Of a stretch of 64,000 nucleotides of DNA, positions 26,501 through 39,419 are shown piece after piece; within the stretch, counting starts at the first letter, position 1, and each line of letters opens with the position of its first letter. The stretch is from Guillardia theta CCMP2712 (Eukaryota > Protista > Cryptophyta). Below the pieces are notes generated by a model. The model had not been told where the DNA came from, did not search any database, and was given only the letters and a program-made list of their open reading frames with translations. The translations under genes and the position numbers were made by a program. Location: NCBI RefSeq assembly GCF_000315625.1, contig NW_005434662.1:83252-147251 (forward strand), written 5' to 3'.

Positions 26501-29500
26501 CAGAGTTTCACGACCTCAAGTCTGCAGCTGAAAGCATCGCCAAGCAACTTGAAGCCAAGAGCAGTCAGGCTAAGGAGCTGCTGGCTCGCAGAGAGATGAT
26601 CTTGTTTGCGGTGCGACACCTCAAGCTTTCAGTCTCTGACGACCAGGCTTCTCTCGAAGACGCTGAGAGCTGGATCGCTGCTCTGACGGCAGTCTGGAAG
26701 GTCTTGGCGAGTTGGAATGAGACGATGGAGAGGGTGATGAACACAAGCATCATGGAGCTGCAGGAGACGCTACAAGTCTCCTCCGTCGAGAGCCTCGTGG
26801 CGCAGGCTGAGCATGTCACCTCCTCCCACCCGTTTCTGCCAGTCACCATCAGGTTCACCCACGAGATCAGGTCCTTCCAAGCTCGATGGCAGGCGTTGAA
26901 GCCGCTGCTGGACTCGGCGATCACGAGCGACAGCCTGGAGTCGATCTTGCAGGGGAAGGGAGTGCGGATGTTGATGCCGACCAACCGGCTGACGTTTGCC
27001 ATGCTCATGGAGAAGAAACTGCTGGAGGACGACGAGCAGATCAGCAGCATCCTCAGCGCTGCGAGGAAGAAGGGGGACTACTCCTCCAAGCTCGACCTCC
27101 TGCGCAAGTCCGTCAAGACCTGCAAGCTTCAGCTGTGCCGGGGCCAGGGAAACCTGTGGGTCAAAGACGCAGAGCGAGTGAGGACGCTGCTGCAAGACAA
27201 TCAGAGCTTCTTCCGGTGGGTCAGCGAGATGAAACGCGGGGAGAAAGACCAGCTGTCAAACGTCTCTGAGCAGAACCTCGAGTCTCTCGCTTCCCTCACC
27301 CTCATCCACAAGTGCCAGGACCTCTGGTGCTGCTTCCGCATCCTCCGCCACGTCAAGAGCGACGAGCTGGAGCCCTTCCTCGAGGCTTTCCTGGGAGTGG
27401 AGGCTCTGTGGACGTCTTGCCTGGAGGATCTGGGGCACAAGACAGACATCATCTGGCTATCGGAAGTGAAGTTGGAAGATCACCTGCGGATTCAAGAGAT
27501 CGAGCAGAAGTTCCAGACCCTCCGGCCCTGCCTCGACATCCTCCACCGCATCATCTGCAAGCACTTCAGCAGACTTGTCACGCTCAAGCCGAGAGAGGCA
27601 GTCAGCCTTTACGCCTTCTTCCTTGAGCCTGGTCCCTCCCTCCCTCCCTCCCTCTGCCGCAAATGCTTTCCGAACTTGACGGGGATCGAACTGAAGGATG
27701 ACTTGCAACCAGCGCGAGTGCATTGCGAAGACGATGAAGTCTTGGTCTTGGATGAAAGCACATGTCAACTCAACACGACAGATGTCAAGATAAGCAACTT
27801 CTACCACCAACTCAAACATGCCGTCAAGGTTGCAATCTTCCAGGCGGTAGAATCAATCTTACATTCATCCAATGTAGATGATCTTTTCACAAATCACACA
27901 TTGCAAAGCATCATGATAGCCATGAGGCTAAATTTAACGGAACATTACCGTACGAGTGGGAAAGAGGAACTAGAAAGTCACATTCTTGATACCATGAAAG
28001 GTTTGGCGACATATCAGTCTGATGGCGAGGTGAGGAGAAGTTCGAGAAGAAAGGTTGCAAACTGCATGATGTTGCTGATGGAATGGAGGGACATGGAGTA
28101 TCAAGACATAGCGGATCATCAGTTTCTCTATGGAATTGTTGACCAGCAGATTTCTGTGTCTTGCGGCAAGTACACCATCAAGTATTCTTTCAACTACGTC
28201 AACGAGCATGTCGAGGTCTTGCTCACCGCGAGCACCAAGAGGATCCTGCAGAAGATGTTTGCGAGCCTCAGCTCTCCCTCCCTCCTCTCCCTCGGCAGGG
28301 CAGCAGAGGGTGAGCGGCTGATCAGACGAGTAGCTTCCATGTGCGGGTGTAACAGTCACGTGTACGACTGCATCATGCACGCCAAGACAGAAGAGCTGCT
28401 GGCCTGCGTGCGAGGGTCGATGGAGATGGAGGAGCTGGTGTGCCTGAAGCACGCGCACTTCCTCCCCTCTCCTTCCCTCGCAGCTCTGGCCAAGACGATC
28501 TTCCAAACATTGACATCTCCGTTGCAGACCCCAGAACCCTTCTCTCACCACGTGCGACCGCAGGTCTACCTGCTCTCTGACCAGCCACTCTCCTCGTCAG
28601 CCTTGCCGATCGAGATGCGGGAGACGCTGAGGCCTGTGGACGGAGTCTGCTGGAGGCAGGACAAAAGGTTTCTCTTCCACCTCTTCCTCAAGTCGTCAAA
28701 CCCGCGCGTGCCCGACGTGGTGGTCAGCAAGATCGAGCAAGCTCACAGCCTGGTGCAGCTCCTGGCGATGGAGCAGGAGCGGCAACGAGTCAACATCAGA
28801 TTCGTGAGAGTCTTGTGCGATGCAGTCGCCGCCAAGTGCCTCGAAGGCGCGACATCGCCGAGCTCAGAGGAGGGTCAGGTCGAGCTGGCGTTGAAGGCTT
28901 TCTTGCAGAGCTTGAGGCTCTTGTTGAGCACACAATCCTACGAGCGATGCTGCCTTGGCATTGAAGCAGCGATGAACTACTCCATACCCGAGTCCAGCGA
29001 TGCGGGGCTGTACGAGGGTATCAGGACATTGAGTGTAGAGGAGCCGTTTGCCTTCACAGAGACGTTTGTTGAGCGATGCGTCAGCTTATACCACTGCGTC
29101 ACGTCGGATGTCAGGATGACTCTGCTCTCTGGGGCGACCAAGGCAGGCAAGACGACGAGCATGGAGGTGGTGAAGAAGATGATGCTCTCGATGAGTCAGA
29201 CCAATGACCGCAAGAGCTACGGGGGCTGCATCAGCACCACCGTCATGCCCTTCTCCTTCCCCTATCAAAGTCAATACTTCTCCCCCAGCTGCGGGCCACC
29301 TGGAGGGATCGAGAGCATGGAGGTGCTGCACGATTACATCAGTCGCTTTCTCGATCGCCCGGTGGACGAGAACTTTCCTATCGAGAGCAGGTGGATGATC
29401 ATCGATATGCCTTCAACGCTGCAGCTGGAGGTGTTGGCCGACGGTCTAGACCAGCACTGCTTCAGCAGAGACTTCGCGGGAGGGGGCATGAGACCGAAGC

Positions 29501-32500
29501 TGCTGGTGGAGACGGATGAGATGGGAAGCGCCTCCCCCGCCACCATCAGCCTGCTCAACGTGCTGCACTACGAGGAAGGAGTGGTGGGCTGGAGAGAGTA
29601 CTTCCACCAGTGGATGAAGACGGTACAGAAGCAGCTGGATGACAAGGTTGTCAATGAGCTGAACCACCTGGTGGAAAGCCTCTTCCCTGAGATCGAGACG
29701 TTCATACGGCATAACTGCCAGCTCTACTTGTACATGTCCACCGTCAACGTCTGCAGATGCTTCTGCAGTATCCTTCACTACCACATCTTCCTCGGCAAGG
29801 CTGTGCCCTACAAGCGGTCCATCTCCTTCTGCCGCTCCTGCTTCATCTTCGCCGTTGCATGGTCGTGGGGCAGTTTGCTTCAGGTCCAGTCTCGCGGGAA
29901 GTTCGCCGCCACCATCAAGCAGATGGTTCTCGAGCACGACCTGCTTTCCGACGCCGAGAGCGGGCTGGTTGACGAGCTGTGGAACGTGTACGTGTCGTTT
30001 GAGACGATGAAGCTGAGAAAGTTCGACGAGATGGGAGAAGACATCGTAGCAGAAGAGAAGATCTCGTACGAGCGAGACACTGCTCTTATCATCCGAACCC
30101 CCGTCTTGCGAGTCTGCGACTACCTGTGGAACATGTTCAGGTTCCAGCAAGACAGCGTCTTCATCTACGGGGCTGAGAGCGAAGGCAAGACAACTCTGAT
30201 GACCTTCATGGCGTCCAACAGGAGGAGGTACGAGGCGGACTCGCAGGTGTCAGGGACCAGGTTGACGTCCTCCACCACCCCTCTAGAGTTCTGCAAGTGG
30301 GTCGAGAGCGAGGCGAGCCCGAGCTTCGCGGTGTCGAAGAAGATCCTGCTGGTCATCGACGACGTGCATGTGTCTCTAGAGCGCTGCGGGGAGACGTCGT
30401 ACATCTCCGAGATGCTGAGGAGCGTCCAGCTGTCGCGAGCGTTCTTCAAGGCTGACTCGTTCGAGGATGAGAAGAGGTTTCAAGCCGTTTGCACCACCCT
30501 CATCGGCGACCTCCGCTCGCTCACCCGCAAATCCGATCGCCTGCTCACGAGCTTCTTCCACCTCGAGATTCGATTTGCGTCCCTTCCCAACCTCCATGGC
30601 ATCCTCTCGCAGAAGGTGTCACAAGCTGAGATCTGGAGGTTCCCCAAGCTCAGGCCATACCTGGACAAGTTCACGTTCGCGCTCATGTACGTCTTGAACG
30701 CAGCCGAGCAGACCTTCACCTCGGGCCTGAGCTCGTCAAAGCGTGTGCTGCTGACGTGGAACGTGGACCAGGTTGTCACCGTCATGCAGTCCTTCAACAA
30801 CCTCAAGCTGAGGAGCGACAAGGACATTGAGTTCGGCCTGCAGTACCTCTGGCACGAAGCGTCTCGAGTCTTCCTCGATCGGCTGCTGGGCTCAGAGGTG
30901 GAGCAGGAAGTGGGACTTCGGGTGAGGGAGTGCTTTGTCAAGGCGCTGGGGAGTCAGAACAAGCGGAACATTCGGATCGCCTGCGAGGCTCAAGTCTACT
31001 TCGTGACTCTCCCCGAGCTCAAAGTCAAGGACACCGGCGACTCCAACCGTCGGGCTTCCACCAAAGTCGTGTCGAGGAGCTGGGAAACGTTGGAGCTGAC
31101 GGGAAGAGACATGTTGACAAGAGCTGAGAACACGCTGACGTGCTCGCGTGATTGCTCGCACCTGCTCTTCCTTGACAACCTTGTCAAGCACCTCAGTCAC
31201 GTCCTGCGCGTCCTCCGGCCGGACTCGAGGATGCGATGCTGCGTCATGGCTGGACCCAGAGAGGCGGGGAAGGAGGAGGTGCTGCGGATGGCCGCGAGGA
31301 TGTGCCACTACGAGATCTGCTTCGAGACAGACAGCAACGGGCTTGACGTACTGCAGGAGCTCAAGGTTTCCCTGCACCACCGCGAGCACAAGCTCTTCGT
31401 GCTGCAAAGCGACGGGCTCTTGCTTCAGAGCGTGCACGGAGAGTACGTGAGCAAGCTGATCAAGGGACAAGGGCTGGAGCGATGGGAGGCCCTCGGCAGC
31501 CGCCACGTTCGCATCGCCATCACGATGAACTTTGTGGAGAGTGAGGAGGTGGTCCGGGTGCCCGAGCAGCTGGTCAAGGTGCTGCCGTTCGCCTCGGTCT
31601 CGTGGTGCAGAGGCTGGTCGGACGAGTCGCTGCGATCCTTTGCTAGCCAGCAGACCCTGAAGGTGTCGAGTACGTGCAGCACACCTGAGGTGATTCACGA
31701 CCTGCATAAGATCTTTCAGCGAGCTACGATGCGCAAATTCTCGTTGAGCTCGAAGCAGCTGTCGTGCCTCGACCCCCTAATGTTCACCTTGGTACACGTG
31801 TTCAAGTACATCTTCTCAGCGCTGCAGGAGAGGTTCGCGTCGAGAAAGACCACCATCAGGCAGGCGCTGGAGACCTACCAGAAGCTTCAGGAGCTTCAGA
31901 GCAGCGTGGAAATGGAGTATGACAACCAGAAGAAGATTGTCAAGCAGACGTCTGCCGCTCAGAGCAAGTGGCGAGATGATACAATGCAGTTCAGAAAGAT
32001 TGTCCAACGAGCTCGCAAGATAGCCGAGGACGAAGAGATCGAGATGCTGCGATCTGTGCTGGAGGGCGATGCGCCGGGCCCCGAGCTGTCAAGAGAGTTC
32101 TATCAAGCTCAGATCCAGCTGCAGGCAGCTACAAAGGCTGTCGCCAACTTATCAGAGGCGCACTACATGCAGCTGGAGCTGGTGCAGGGCCATGAGGAGC
32201 TGCTGGAGTTGCTGCATGAGGCCTTGTGTGCCTGCCTCAGAATCCCCTACGAGCCCTTTGAGAGCGACCGGCTGAACCACCTCAAGTCGCTGTGCCCCCA
32301 GCTGTCGGAGAAGATCAGCAGCTTCGAGCTGCAGGCGATGAGCATGCATGACCTGCAGAGGCTGCGCAAACTGTCGTCAAACAAGCGCTTCATCCCCGAG
32401 AAGTTCTTCGTCATCAACAAGGCGGCCGGCGCTCTCGTGCACTGGGTGAGATCCGTCGAGCTGTTGGGGCGGCTCAACGAGTGGATGAATCCGAACTCGC

Positions 32501-35500
32501 ACACCAACCAGCATCAGTCCCTGGATCAAGTGCAGCGCATGGCGCGACTGCCGCTCATGACCATGAACCAGGTCGAGTCGGAAGTTGAGAACGCGCGGGC
32601 GACGCATCTGAATGCGATCAGAGAAGAGTCGGAGGCGAAGGAGAAGATGCAGAAGCTGCGGAGAGTGTTGGAGTCTTGCAGCCTTGTCCTGGAGATTCTA
32701 GCGGATGACCAGAACTATTGGAAAGAGGAGGAGGAGGAGTTGAGCAGGGAGGAGCAGAACAGCTTTGGAGATGCCCTGCTCTACGCTTGTTTCCATACTT
32801 ACTTGGGTCTCTTTGACTTCCAGGGCCGACAGAGGCTGTTGGATGAGCTCAAGCAGCATCTGCTCCAGAGCCGAATCGAAGTTTCGAGTGAGTTCAGCAT
32901 CGATAACTTGTTGAAGCATATGGTTGCTATCTCCGAGTCCTTCGTCAAGTTTCCGCAGAAGAGCAGCTCGGTGAAAGAGCTTGTCTTCACCGTTTTCAAC
33001 TCCCCCAAGATACCTCTGTTCGTCGATGCCTCCGGCCTCATGTGGTACTTCATGTCGACCTACTGCCGCGCTTCAGTCTTTCGCGGCAACGACGCGTCCC
33101 TCGAAGACTTCTTGACGCTCGCCAAGGACAAGGCCGAGCTCGTCCTGCTGTCTGACGTGGAGGTGGAGAGAAGGACCCTGCTGTCGCTGCTTGAGCGAAG
33201 ACCAGACCTGCGACCAGAAGCGTTTGGGCTGGGGGAGAAGCAGTACGCCCTCTTCTTCTTCTCACGGCTTGACCTCCGGTCACTCGACTGGCGCAAGGAC
33301 CTGACGCACTTCACCGTGTGCTGCTGTGAGTTTGACCAAGAGGCGACTGAGGAGCTCATGTCGGACCTCGTCCTCGAGACGCTGGACCCCTCGGCCAAGA
33401 GGGGATGGATGGACTATCACCGCCAGCTGTCCGTCCTGCAGAATCAGCTGCGAGGGAAGATCGAGGCGATCCGAGACCTCATCTGCCACTCGGACTTCAT
33501 CGCTGACATTCAGGAGGCTGAGTCAAGCGCAACCCTCGACCTCTGCCAGTCCGTCAAGCACCTCCGAAAGCAGATGCAGGACTACGTGGTGGCGAGTGCG
33601 GAGAAGCTCAAGAACCGAGACTACTTGTCAGCTTTCTCTCGCAACTGCTCCAGCCTCCTCCGCGCAGCGCCAGAGACGAGTAGGATAACAGGTAAGACTT
33701 GGAGTCACTAGAGGAGTTGCTTGACTGTTGCCTTCAGGTGTCTTCGACTCGTCCATCCATCAGCTTAGACAAGCCTTGGGGTTGATGGACAGTGTGGATT
33801 CTATGGAGTACGGCACCAAACACTTCTCCGACGTAATGAGCAAGCAGACAGATGAGATCGTAGCCGCCTGGCTGTCCCTCACCTTCCTCGCTCTCCCCGA
33901 CTCTCAGTTCGGTCTCGTCTCCCTCGTCTGCCTCGCCCACGTGCATGGCCGTCCCTTCAACAAGGTTTGGGCCCTGTGGCAGGCGGCGACTCGAGCGCTC
34001 CACGAGGCGGGCGAGGCGGACCTGTGCTCCCTGGGCCAGAGGGAGTGCGGACCCCAGCAGATGTTCAGCAGGGTTGGATGGAGGGTCTTGCGGGAGATGA
34101 AAGAACAGCTGGGGGTGCATTATGACGCGTTGGTGATGAGCATAGAGCACGACCCTGGCAGGTGGAGGCGATACGTAGAGAGCCAAGCTCTCTCCCTCGA
34201 CTCCTTCCCCTTCAAGTCCTCCGGCTCCATCTCGATGCCTCTGGAGAAGGTGGTGGTGTGCGCCATGGCTCTCATGCCGCACAGGCTCAACGAGCTGCTT
34301 GACGTCTTGACGGGGGAGACTCAGACGAGGGTGTGGAGGTTCATGGAGGACAATCGGGTGAAGTTGAGCCAGTACATGGCCAGACTTGATCTCAACGTCT
34401 CCACCTTTCGTCATGGGGCATCTGCTCTTGCCTATACTCGCATCATTGCTCAACAGCTGCACAGCCTTGACCCGACAAGCTCCTCGCCTGCTCGCCTTGA
34501 GCTCCAGCATGAGGGCGACACCGACGGGGGCAGCAGGAAGGAGGAGGGCAAGCACGACCGTTGGGTGGTCACCGAAGCTCCGGATGCGACTTGGAAAGGA
34601 GAGGGAGGCTCAGGGCGGGTGAAACTTGTGCGGGTATGGGACTATACGACCTCGGCCTCGTTCAAGCAGCTCAAGAACTCCATGACGCTGAGCGACGGGA
34701 TGATGCTTCTACCCCCTGCTCTCCTGCAAGCCATGGTCCATCAGTCCTGGGCTCGACGAAGCGATGCTCCCTTCTGGAGGTTCGCCGTTGGACTCTCTTA
34801 CTTCCTGTCTCTGCTTCTACAAACATGCGGAAAGATGCAAGCTCAACATCTGTTCGACATGGTGCCGATCAAGCATGTGCATGTCACGTTGCTGTGTGAG
34901 CGCATGGCTGAATGGCAGGGCGACAAGGTGAGGCTTGTGATGCCGAAGCTCATCGGGAGTCACTTGAGGCATCAGGTCGAGGAGCTTGCTGACAGCATCC
35001 TCCTCCATGTCGTGAACTTCTTGGGCGACGTGGCCATGACGTGGCAGGCTCAGCAGCTCGAGGGTCTCTACCGCAGCATCATATGCGAGAAGCTCTTCGG
35101 AGAGAGTGAGAGCTTGACGGTGATGCTTGCGTCCTCGTGCGCGCCCTGTGATGCCTTGAAGCAGGTGCTGGACAACAAGATCGCAGCTCCAGACGCACAT
35201 GTCGCCTCTCAGTCTGCGATGATAGCCTATGCTCTCACCTTACCTCCGTTGCACCCTCGGACGTTGGACAGTCTCACGATCAAGGTAAGGTCGGTGCTTC
35301 AGCCCGCTCCTCACACTGCTGGTCAGTATGAGTGGAGCACGGAAGAAGCCATCCTCCGAGCCCTCCCGACGCCTCTCGTCCATCTCGCCAACCTCAACAT
35401 CTCGCGTGTCTTGTCCAAGCTGGACACACTCGTCATGCCCAACCCGCTGGTCGGTCTTGCCTCCCTCTTGTCGTCCCTCATGTCCTTCCTTCAGACTCAA

Positions 35501-36817
35501 GGCCGCATCCGGGTGCTCGGGAGGGAGGTAGAGGTGGGGCCCAGCTAGGATCGAGCTGACTCGCGTGAAGGGTGGGGGATTGCAGAGCAGAACAGCGCTG
35601 CTCATGTACGAGGCCTTCGTGGGAGACGAGATGCTGGCGCACAACACAGTCGTGGAGACCATCACCGTATCAACCGTATCAATGTCATGTCGCTCCGCTT
35701 GACTCAATGCATGCAGGAGAGGATCAAAGCCTGCAAGCTGCTGCTGTCCGGACGAGTCTGACAAGCCTGAGCTTGACAGTCTTCACTGTTGACGAGAGTT
35801 GCAGGCAAAGTTGAGTGAGAGCAGCGGCTTGGTACAAGCCCTTGCTCGAGAGAGGTGCCTCCTGACCCGTCTTGTCCCTCTTGACTTTGTGGGGATGGCA
35901 GGGTTCCGGCGAGTTGGGATGTAGGGGCGAACAAAGTTGGCATGCCTATCAGCAGGTTTCTGGAGCAAGTGAAGGAACGAGGAGGCTGGCTTCAAACTTG
36001 CATCAGCAACCTCAACCAAGCGGTGAGAGCTGCTCAAGTCGCTCTAAAGTGAAACCTCTTCTCAGAGCATACACGCCAACTCACCTGCAGTCCCCTTGCA
36101 CCTGCACTATGAGCCGGGGCACCTCTTTGACATGTTGCTCGCCCTCAATCACAACTCCGACAGGTCGAGGTCAAGTTTCATGGTTGCTACTGACACCTTG
36201 CGCTAGAAGCGACGCCGCGGAGTCCGACATCTCGCTCATGGTCCTTCCTGCCTTGGCCTCTTTCTGCTCGCTCACGCCTAGCAGTTGTATCCCCTCAAGG
36301 ACCTCGATGATCTAGCTCGGTCGTGGCCGCAGGCTTGCGTGCTTGCTCTAGTGTACTTCAGGTGCTGTGACGGCTCTCTGCTTGCAGATTGACGAAGAAA
36401 CAGGCGGACCAAGTTCGATGCTGACGAAGGAGTGCTGCGAAGTGTTGTTAACGAGCAAGACGCTTCATTGCATCCTGCCGAGAGAGTTTGCGTCATGGTT
36501 TGCTCGCCTTGAGCTCGCTGGATGTGACAGGCATGTCTCAGGTCTGCAAGAGAAGCTCGATGCCTTTAAGGAGGCAGATGAAGAAGGAAGGGCTGAGCTG
36601 GTGCAGCATCAGGCTCTATCGCTACCCGCTCCACCCGCGGGTATGCCTCCTGCTTTCCTTGCATCTGGTGACAGTGCGGCAGCTCTACGGGCATGCTTCT
36701 TTGCAGTACGTGTGCAACCTTGTCGTGAGGACGGACTTGCATCCCTCTCGCGTCGATGAGCTCGGAGTCTGCGCCTTCCTGTCGTCGACCATGCATGCAG
36801 GTGATGGGCTACAGTGA
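23568..36817 (+). CDS. Highly divergent dynein heavy chain (about 4000 aa); giant exon 25235-33691, next exon from 33738; outer ends approximate
   Basis: Dynein landmarks in the correct order: linker (ICKHFSRLVTL, CRKCFPNL, YSFNY..VLLTASTKR), degenerate AAA1, AAA2 GATKAGKT and ETDEMGSASPATIS, AAA3 GAESEGKT/VIDDVH, AAA4 GPREAGKE, coiled-coil stalk with AAGALVHWVRSV, GDALLYACFHTYLGLF, AAA5 IPLFVDASG. Confidence 0.88.
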
Positions 36818-36849
36818 CTGAGACCGTGTCCGCCGTCGCTACCTGAGTG

Positions 36850-37880
36850 CGCTCCTGTAACCAAGCTGATAATGGCACGTAGTCTGAGTCACTGATTGGC
36901 CCCGGACTTGAAGTCTAGCCGAGTTAGTCACTAGTAGACGGTCACTGCTAGCCTTTGAAACCGGGCCGCCGTCCACGGTCACCCTCGTCAAGTGCCATGA
37001 TCGGATGTCGCGGCCGCCAGCCGCAGCCGCGAGTATAGGTGCCACAACTTCGCAAGGCCCCCGTGTCAGGCTGAGTCAGTAGTGGCACCTGGCTCGTAGA
37101 GTCTACGGTCGGAGTGGTCCCTACCCGGGCCGCGCCTAGTGACTACTACCGGGCCGTACGGCGCAGTCATGATGGACTCCGGGAAGCACTACACCACTAG
37201 CTAGACTACGAGTGTAGAATTGAATACCCGGGATGCCTCATCGGAGCCTCCCGGTACGGTATCTCATCATAGTAGAAGCCGCCCTACCGTACACCTACTA
37301 GGGTCCGAGTCACTATCCGGCGGAGTCGGAAGCCCTACCCCCGGTACCGTACGGTAGACCGTACTACCCGTACACTACCCGCCCCGGTAGTACCGGCCGG
37401 CGGAGTATCATGACCGTACTACGGAAGCCGCCGCGCCCGGAGGTATAGCGCCGCGATCGGACCGTACCGGCGGTCTCAGTGACTCCCGCGCGCCGCACGC
37501 CGGCCCGGCCGGTCGGACCGCCCGCGTGGCGCGGCCCCGCGCCGCACGGTGACAGTGCTGGCCCGCCCGTCGGGCCGGCCGGCGCCCGTCAAGTACGGTT
37601 GTCCGGGCCGAGTCCGGGCCGCCCGACTCCCGGGGGCCCCGACCCGGGGGGTAGTGCCCCTGAGTAGGCTATCGGAAGCTAGACTGAGTTAACTTTCGGA
37701 GGCTACGGTAAAGACTGAGAAGGTAGCCCCCGCCGACTTCCGCGATCACGGTGCAGCGGCCCGGCCTTCAAGCGGAGGCTTCAAGCCGCGGTGAGCTGCA
37801 CGAGCACTTGAGGGGAGGGTCAAGGGAGGATACAAGCCTGATGTCCCTTCCTCACGGGCCTCCAGAAGTACGTCGGGACC
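36850..37880. repeat. GC/palindrome-rich intergenic island 3
   Basis: CCGG, GTAC, TACGG/CCGTA and GAGTC-rich; hairpin at 37687-37732. Confidence 0.6.
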
Positions 37881-37889
37881 GTACTACGG

Positions 37890-38815
37890 TACCCCCCACC
37901 CACCTACGTACTGCACCCACTGAATGCTTCAGATACTGCTTGCTGCTGTGTGAACCTGGTATGGGTAGACCCCTCCTCTAGGCATTAAACCACCCCCTAC
38001 TTTCAAGGTTTACTTATCTCGAAGCGTCCCTTCCTCAACCTCTTGGGACGGCACGCACTTGCCCCCTATTAAAACCACCCCTACCTCCTCATCCAGTGAC
38101 CCTACCCCCTGTCTTTCTCAATATCCCATCGTTTCATGCCCCTACATCCCCGCTCTCCACCCCTACCCATGATAGATCAGCACGTCTATTGAGAAAAGAA
38201 GGGGTAATACCAGACTCACCCCTTCAAATCAGTTCAAATTCAACAACCCCCACCCCCCCCTAACAAACTTTTGATCACCCCACCCACATGTCCTTCTATC
38301 AAGCAATCTTTGTGTTGCACCCAAAAGGACCCTAGCTTGTAAGAGTACCCCCACCTATTAACTCGAATATTCGCAAAGCTCATCTGACCAACATACCTTA
38401 TTGACATACCTTATATGAATGAGGATAATTTATCTATAAATGACACTATGATATTTTCCTATAGTAGGGAACATTGCATACTAAGGCACCTACCAGTGAC
38501 ATGTGGACCCATTCTGGTTGCTACTCGCTCGACTACCCCTCATGTTTGGACCCTGACCCCCCAATTAACACAGGATCTTTCACATACCCCCTTTTCCTTT
38601 TTTTTTTTACTACCCACCCCGAGATCCCTCCACATCTACCCACCCTGTTTTCTTTGCTATGACCATGGAGGTCTGACCCATACATTTACCAATCCTACCC
38701 CTCCATTTGACCATACAGGATTGGTGTTTGAACCACCCACCCCTGTAATCTAGTTGTCAAAGGACCCATACACCTAGAGTATCTTTACCACCTCAGTACC
38801 CCAAACGCCCCCCCT
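37890..38815 (-). other. Long ACCC-polarised tract (GGGT on the minus strand)
   Basis: Many ACCC/TACCCC words with unique AT-richer spacers. Confidence 0.6.
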
Positions 38816-38911
38816 TTTAAGTCTCATCGACATTGGCATAAGAGCACGCGCAGTTGCTGGTGATGAAGCATCTCATTATCTAACACCTTATCCTCTCCAT
38901 CACAGCTCAGC

Positions 38912-39121
38912 GCTCTGTCTCTGTCTGTTCTTGCTCTGTCTCTGTCTGTTCTTGCTCTGTCTCTGCCTGTTCTTGCTCTGTCTCTATCTGTTCTTGCTCT
39001 GTCTCTGTCTGTTCTTGCTCTGTCTCTGTCTGTTCTTGCTCTGTCTCTGCCTGTTCTTGCTCTGTCTCTATCTGTTCTTGCTCTGTCTCTGTCTGTTCTT
39101 GCTCTGTCTCTGTCTGTTCTT
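38912..39121. repeat. 21-bp minisatellite x10 (GCTCTGTCTCTGTCTGTTCTT) with an 84-bp higher-order period
   Basis: Variant units recur at copies 3 and 7 (GCC) and copies 4 and 8 (ATC). Confidence 0.95.
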
Positions 39122-39419
39122 GCTATGTTTCTCTGTCTCTCCGTCTATGCCTCACCTGCTCTCTACACTATCTTCTACTGATAGATCTCAACATGAATTT
39201 CTTGTTGATGTCCTCCTTGAGAATTCCTGGCGTTATGTCTTGCTCATGTGGAAGTAGTGGAATGTCCGAACATTCGAAGGAAATTTGTTGTGTACTAGAC
39301 AGCACAGTGGTCGCTCCGAAATCATCTTTCTCACTAACCCTCACTCATTTTTTGTCGAAAACATCAGTTTCTCACTATGTTTTGCAGATAAACCGGCAAG
39401 TGAAACAGCGATTGTAGGG

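Noticed and set aside
25282-26619. 445-aa minus-strand ORF and other antisense ORFs across the dynein exon
   Set aside because: Shadow frames produced by codon bias of the + strand gene; no motifs
38912-39121. CRISPR array, or the LCLCLFL-repeat ORF 38931-39257
   Set aside because: Units are head-to-tail with no spacers, the context is eukaryotic with no cas genes, and the ORF is just the translated minisatellite
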